From Malacoraja senta (Eukaryota): a DNA stretch of 64,000 nucleotides. Both the position numbers and the translations under genes were made by a program. Shown here in pieces: positions 62,964 through 64,000 of this stretch (positions within the stretch are counted from its first letter, which is position 1; each line of letters opens with the position of its first letter). The notes beneath the pieces were generated by a model. That model was not told where the DNA came from. It ran no database searches and was given only the letters and a program-made list of their open reading frames with translations. The DNA lies in the NCBI GenBank assembly GCA_038087875.1, contig CM075995.1:4280001-4344000 (forward strand), in the 5' to 3' direction.

Positions 62964-64000
62964 CTGGAAGATATTACGTGCAAGCAGAAAATGTTCACAT
63001 TGCAATAAAATTAAGGATGATCATGACATAACCCACGAGCAACTTCTTCACAACTTGGCTCAAGGTGCAATGAAATAAGTAATAGTCACAATGTTGTTAT
63101 TCACAGCATTGGGACTTAACGATTCAAACAAACCCATGCAATAATAGGCTTTATCATTCAGCTAACTAGGAACGCAACTTATGTGGATCCAAGGAACTGC
63201 AGACGCTGGTTTACATGTCGGCACTGGGCCTGTACTCGCTGGAGTTTAGAAGAATGAGCGGGGACCTCATTGAAATGTACAGAATAGTGAAAGACTTGGA
63301 TAGAGTGGATGTGGAGAGGATGCTTCCACTAGTGGGAGAGTCTAGGACTGGAGATGGGGAGAAGGCAGGAGAATGGGGTTAGGAGGGAGAGATAGATTGG
63401 ATGGGTATATGGAAGGGAAAGGAATGGAAGGTTATGGTCTGAGTGCAGGTAGATGGGACTAGGGGGAAGTATTTTTTTTTTTTTTTAATTTATTTATTTA
63501 TTTGTTTTTTAATGTTCGGCACGGACTTGAAGGGCCGAGATGGCCTGTTTCCGTGCTGTAATGGTTATATGGTTATATGGTTAGATAGATCAGCCATGAT
63601 TGAATGGCAGAGTAGACTTGAATTGGCCGATTGGCATAACTCCTATCACTTATGACCTTATGAATTTATGCCAATAGAAGGCACAAAGTGGTGGACTAAC
63701 TCAGCGGGTCAAGCTGCATCACTGGAGAAGACGAGCAGGTGACTTTTCAGGTCAGGACATCTTCTTCAAACGGATTGTAGATGTGGGAGGGGGTAGAAAG
63801 CTGGAAGAGAGGAGGGGCAGGACAAAGTCTGGCAGTGATAGGTTGATAGAGGTGAGGGGGATTTTTTAACAGGCAGATGGTGGACAACGGCCAGAGATGA
63901 AAAGACACAAAGTGTGAGACAAAAGGATTGAAGAGTTGTGAATTAAGATCATGTTCATCCGTTATAGGAGCAGAATTAGACCATTTGGCCCATCAAGTGT

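Overview
Vertebrate genomic DNA, most likely a cartilaginous fish (skate or ray), judged from its repeat content: HE1-like V-SINEs, HER1/CR1 LINEs, Penelope elements and Rex1. The whole window lies inside a DCDC2 (doublecortin domain-containing 2) gene on the minus strand. Four coding exons were read directly from the sequence, equivalent to human exons 5-8 (62817-62963, 53837-53891, 30845-31035, 1062-1162). The exon-7 equivalent has one extra base, which gives a frameshift and premature stop as assembled. The introns are mostly transposable elements: an apparently intact full-length L1 (ORF1 plus a 1263-aa ORF2), near-full-length decayed CR1 and Rex1 copies, a split Hero/RLE fragment, many SINEs, five Harbinger-type MITEs, and many short Penelope-derived fold-back inserts with hammerhead-ribozyme core motifs. 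The most unusual object is a 2.0-kb non-autonomous Helitron. It holds a 68-bp minisatellite inside what reads as a complete small transcription unit (TATA, Inr, exon, intron, exon, AATAAA) antisense to DCDC2. There are two 200-N assembly gaps. Most short ORFs in the supplied track are repeat-derived or spurious.
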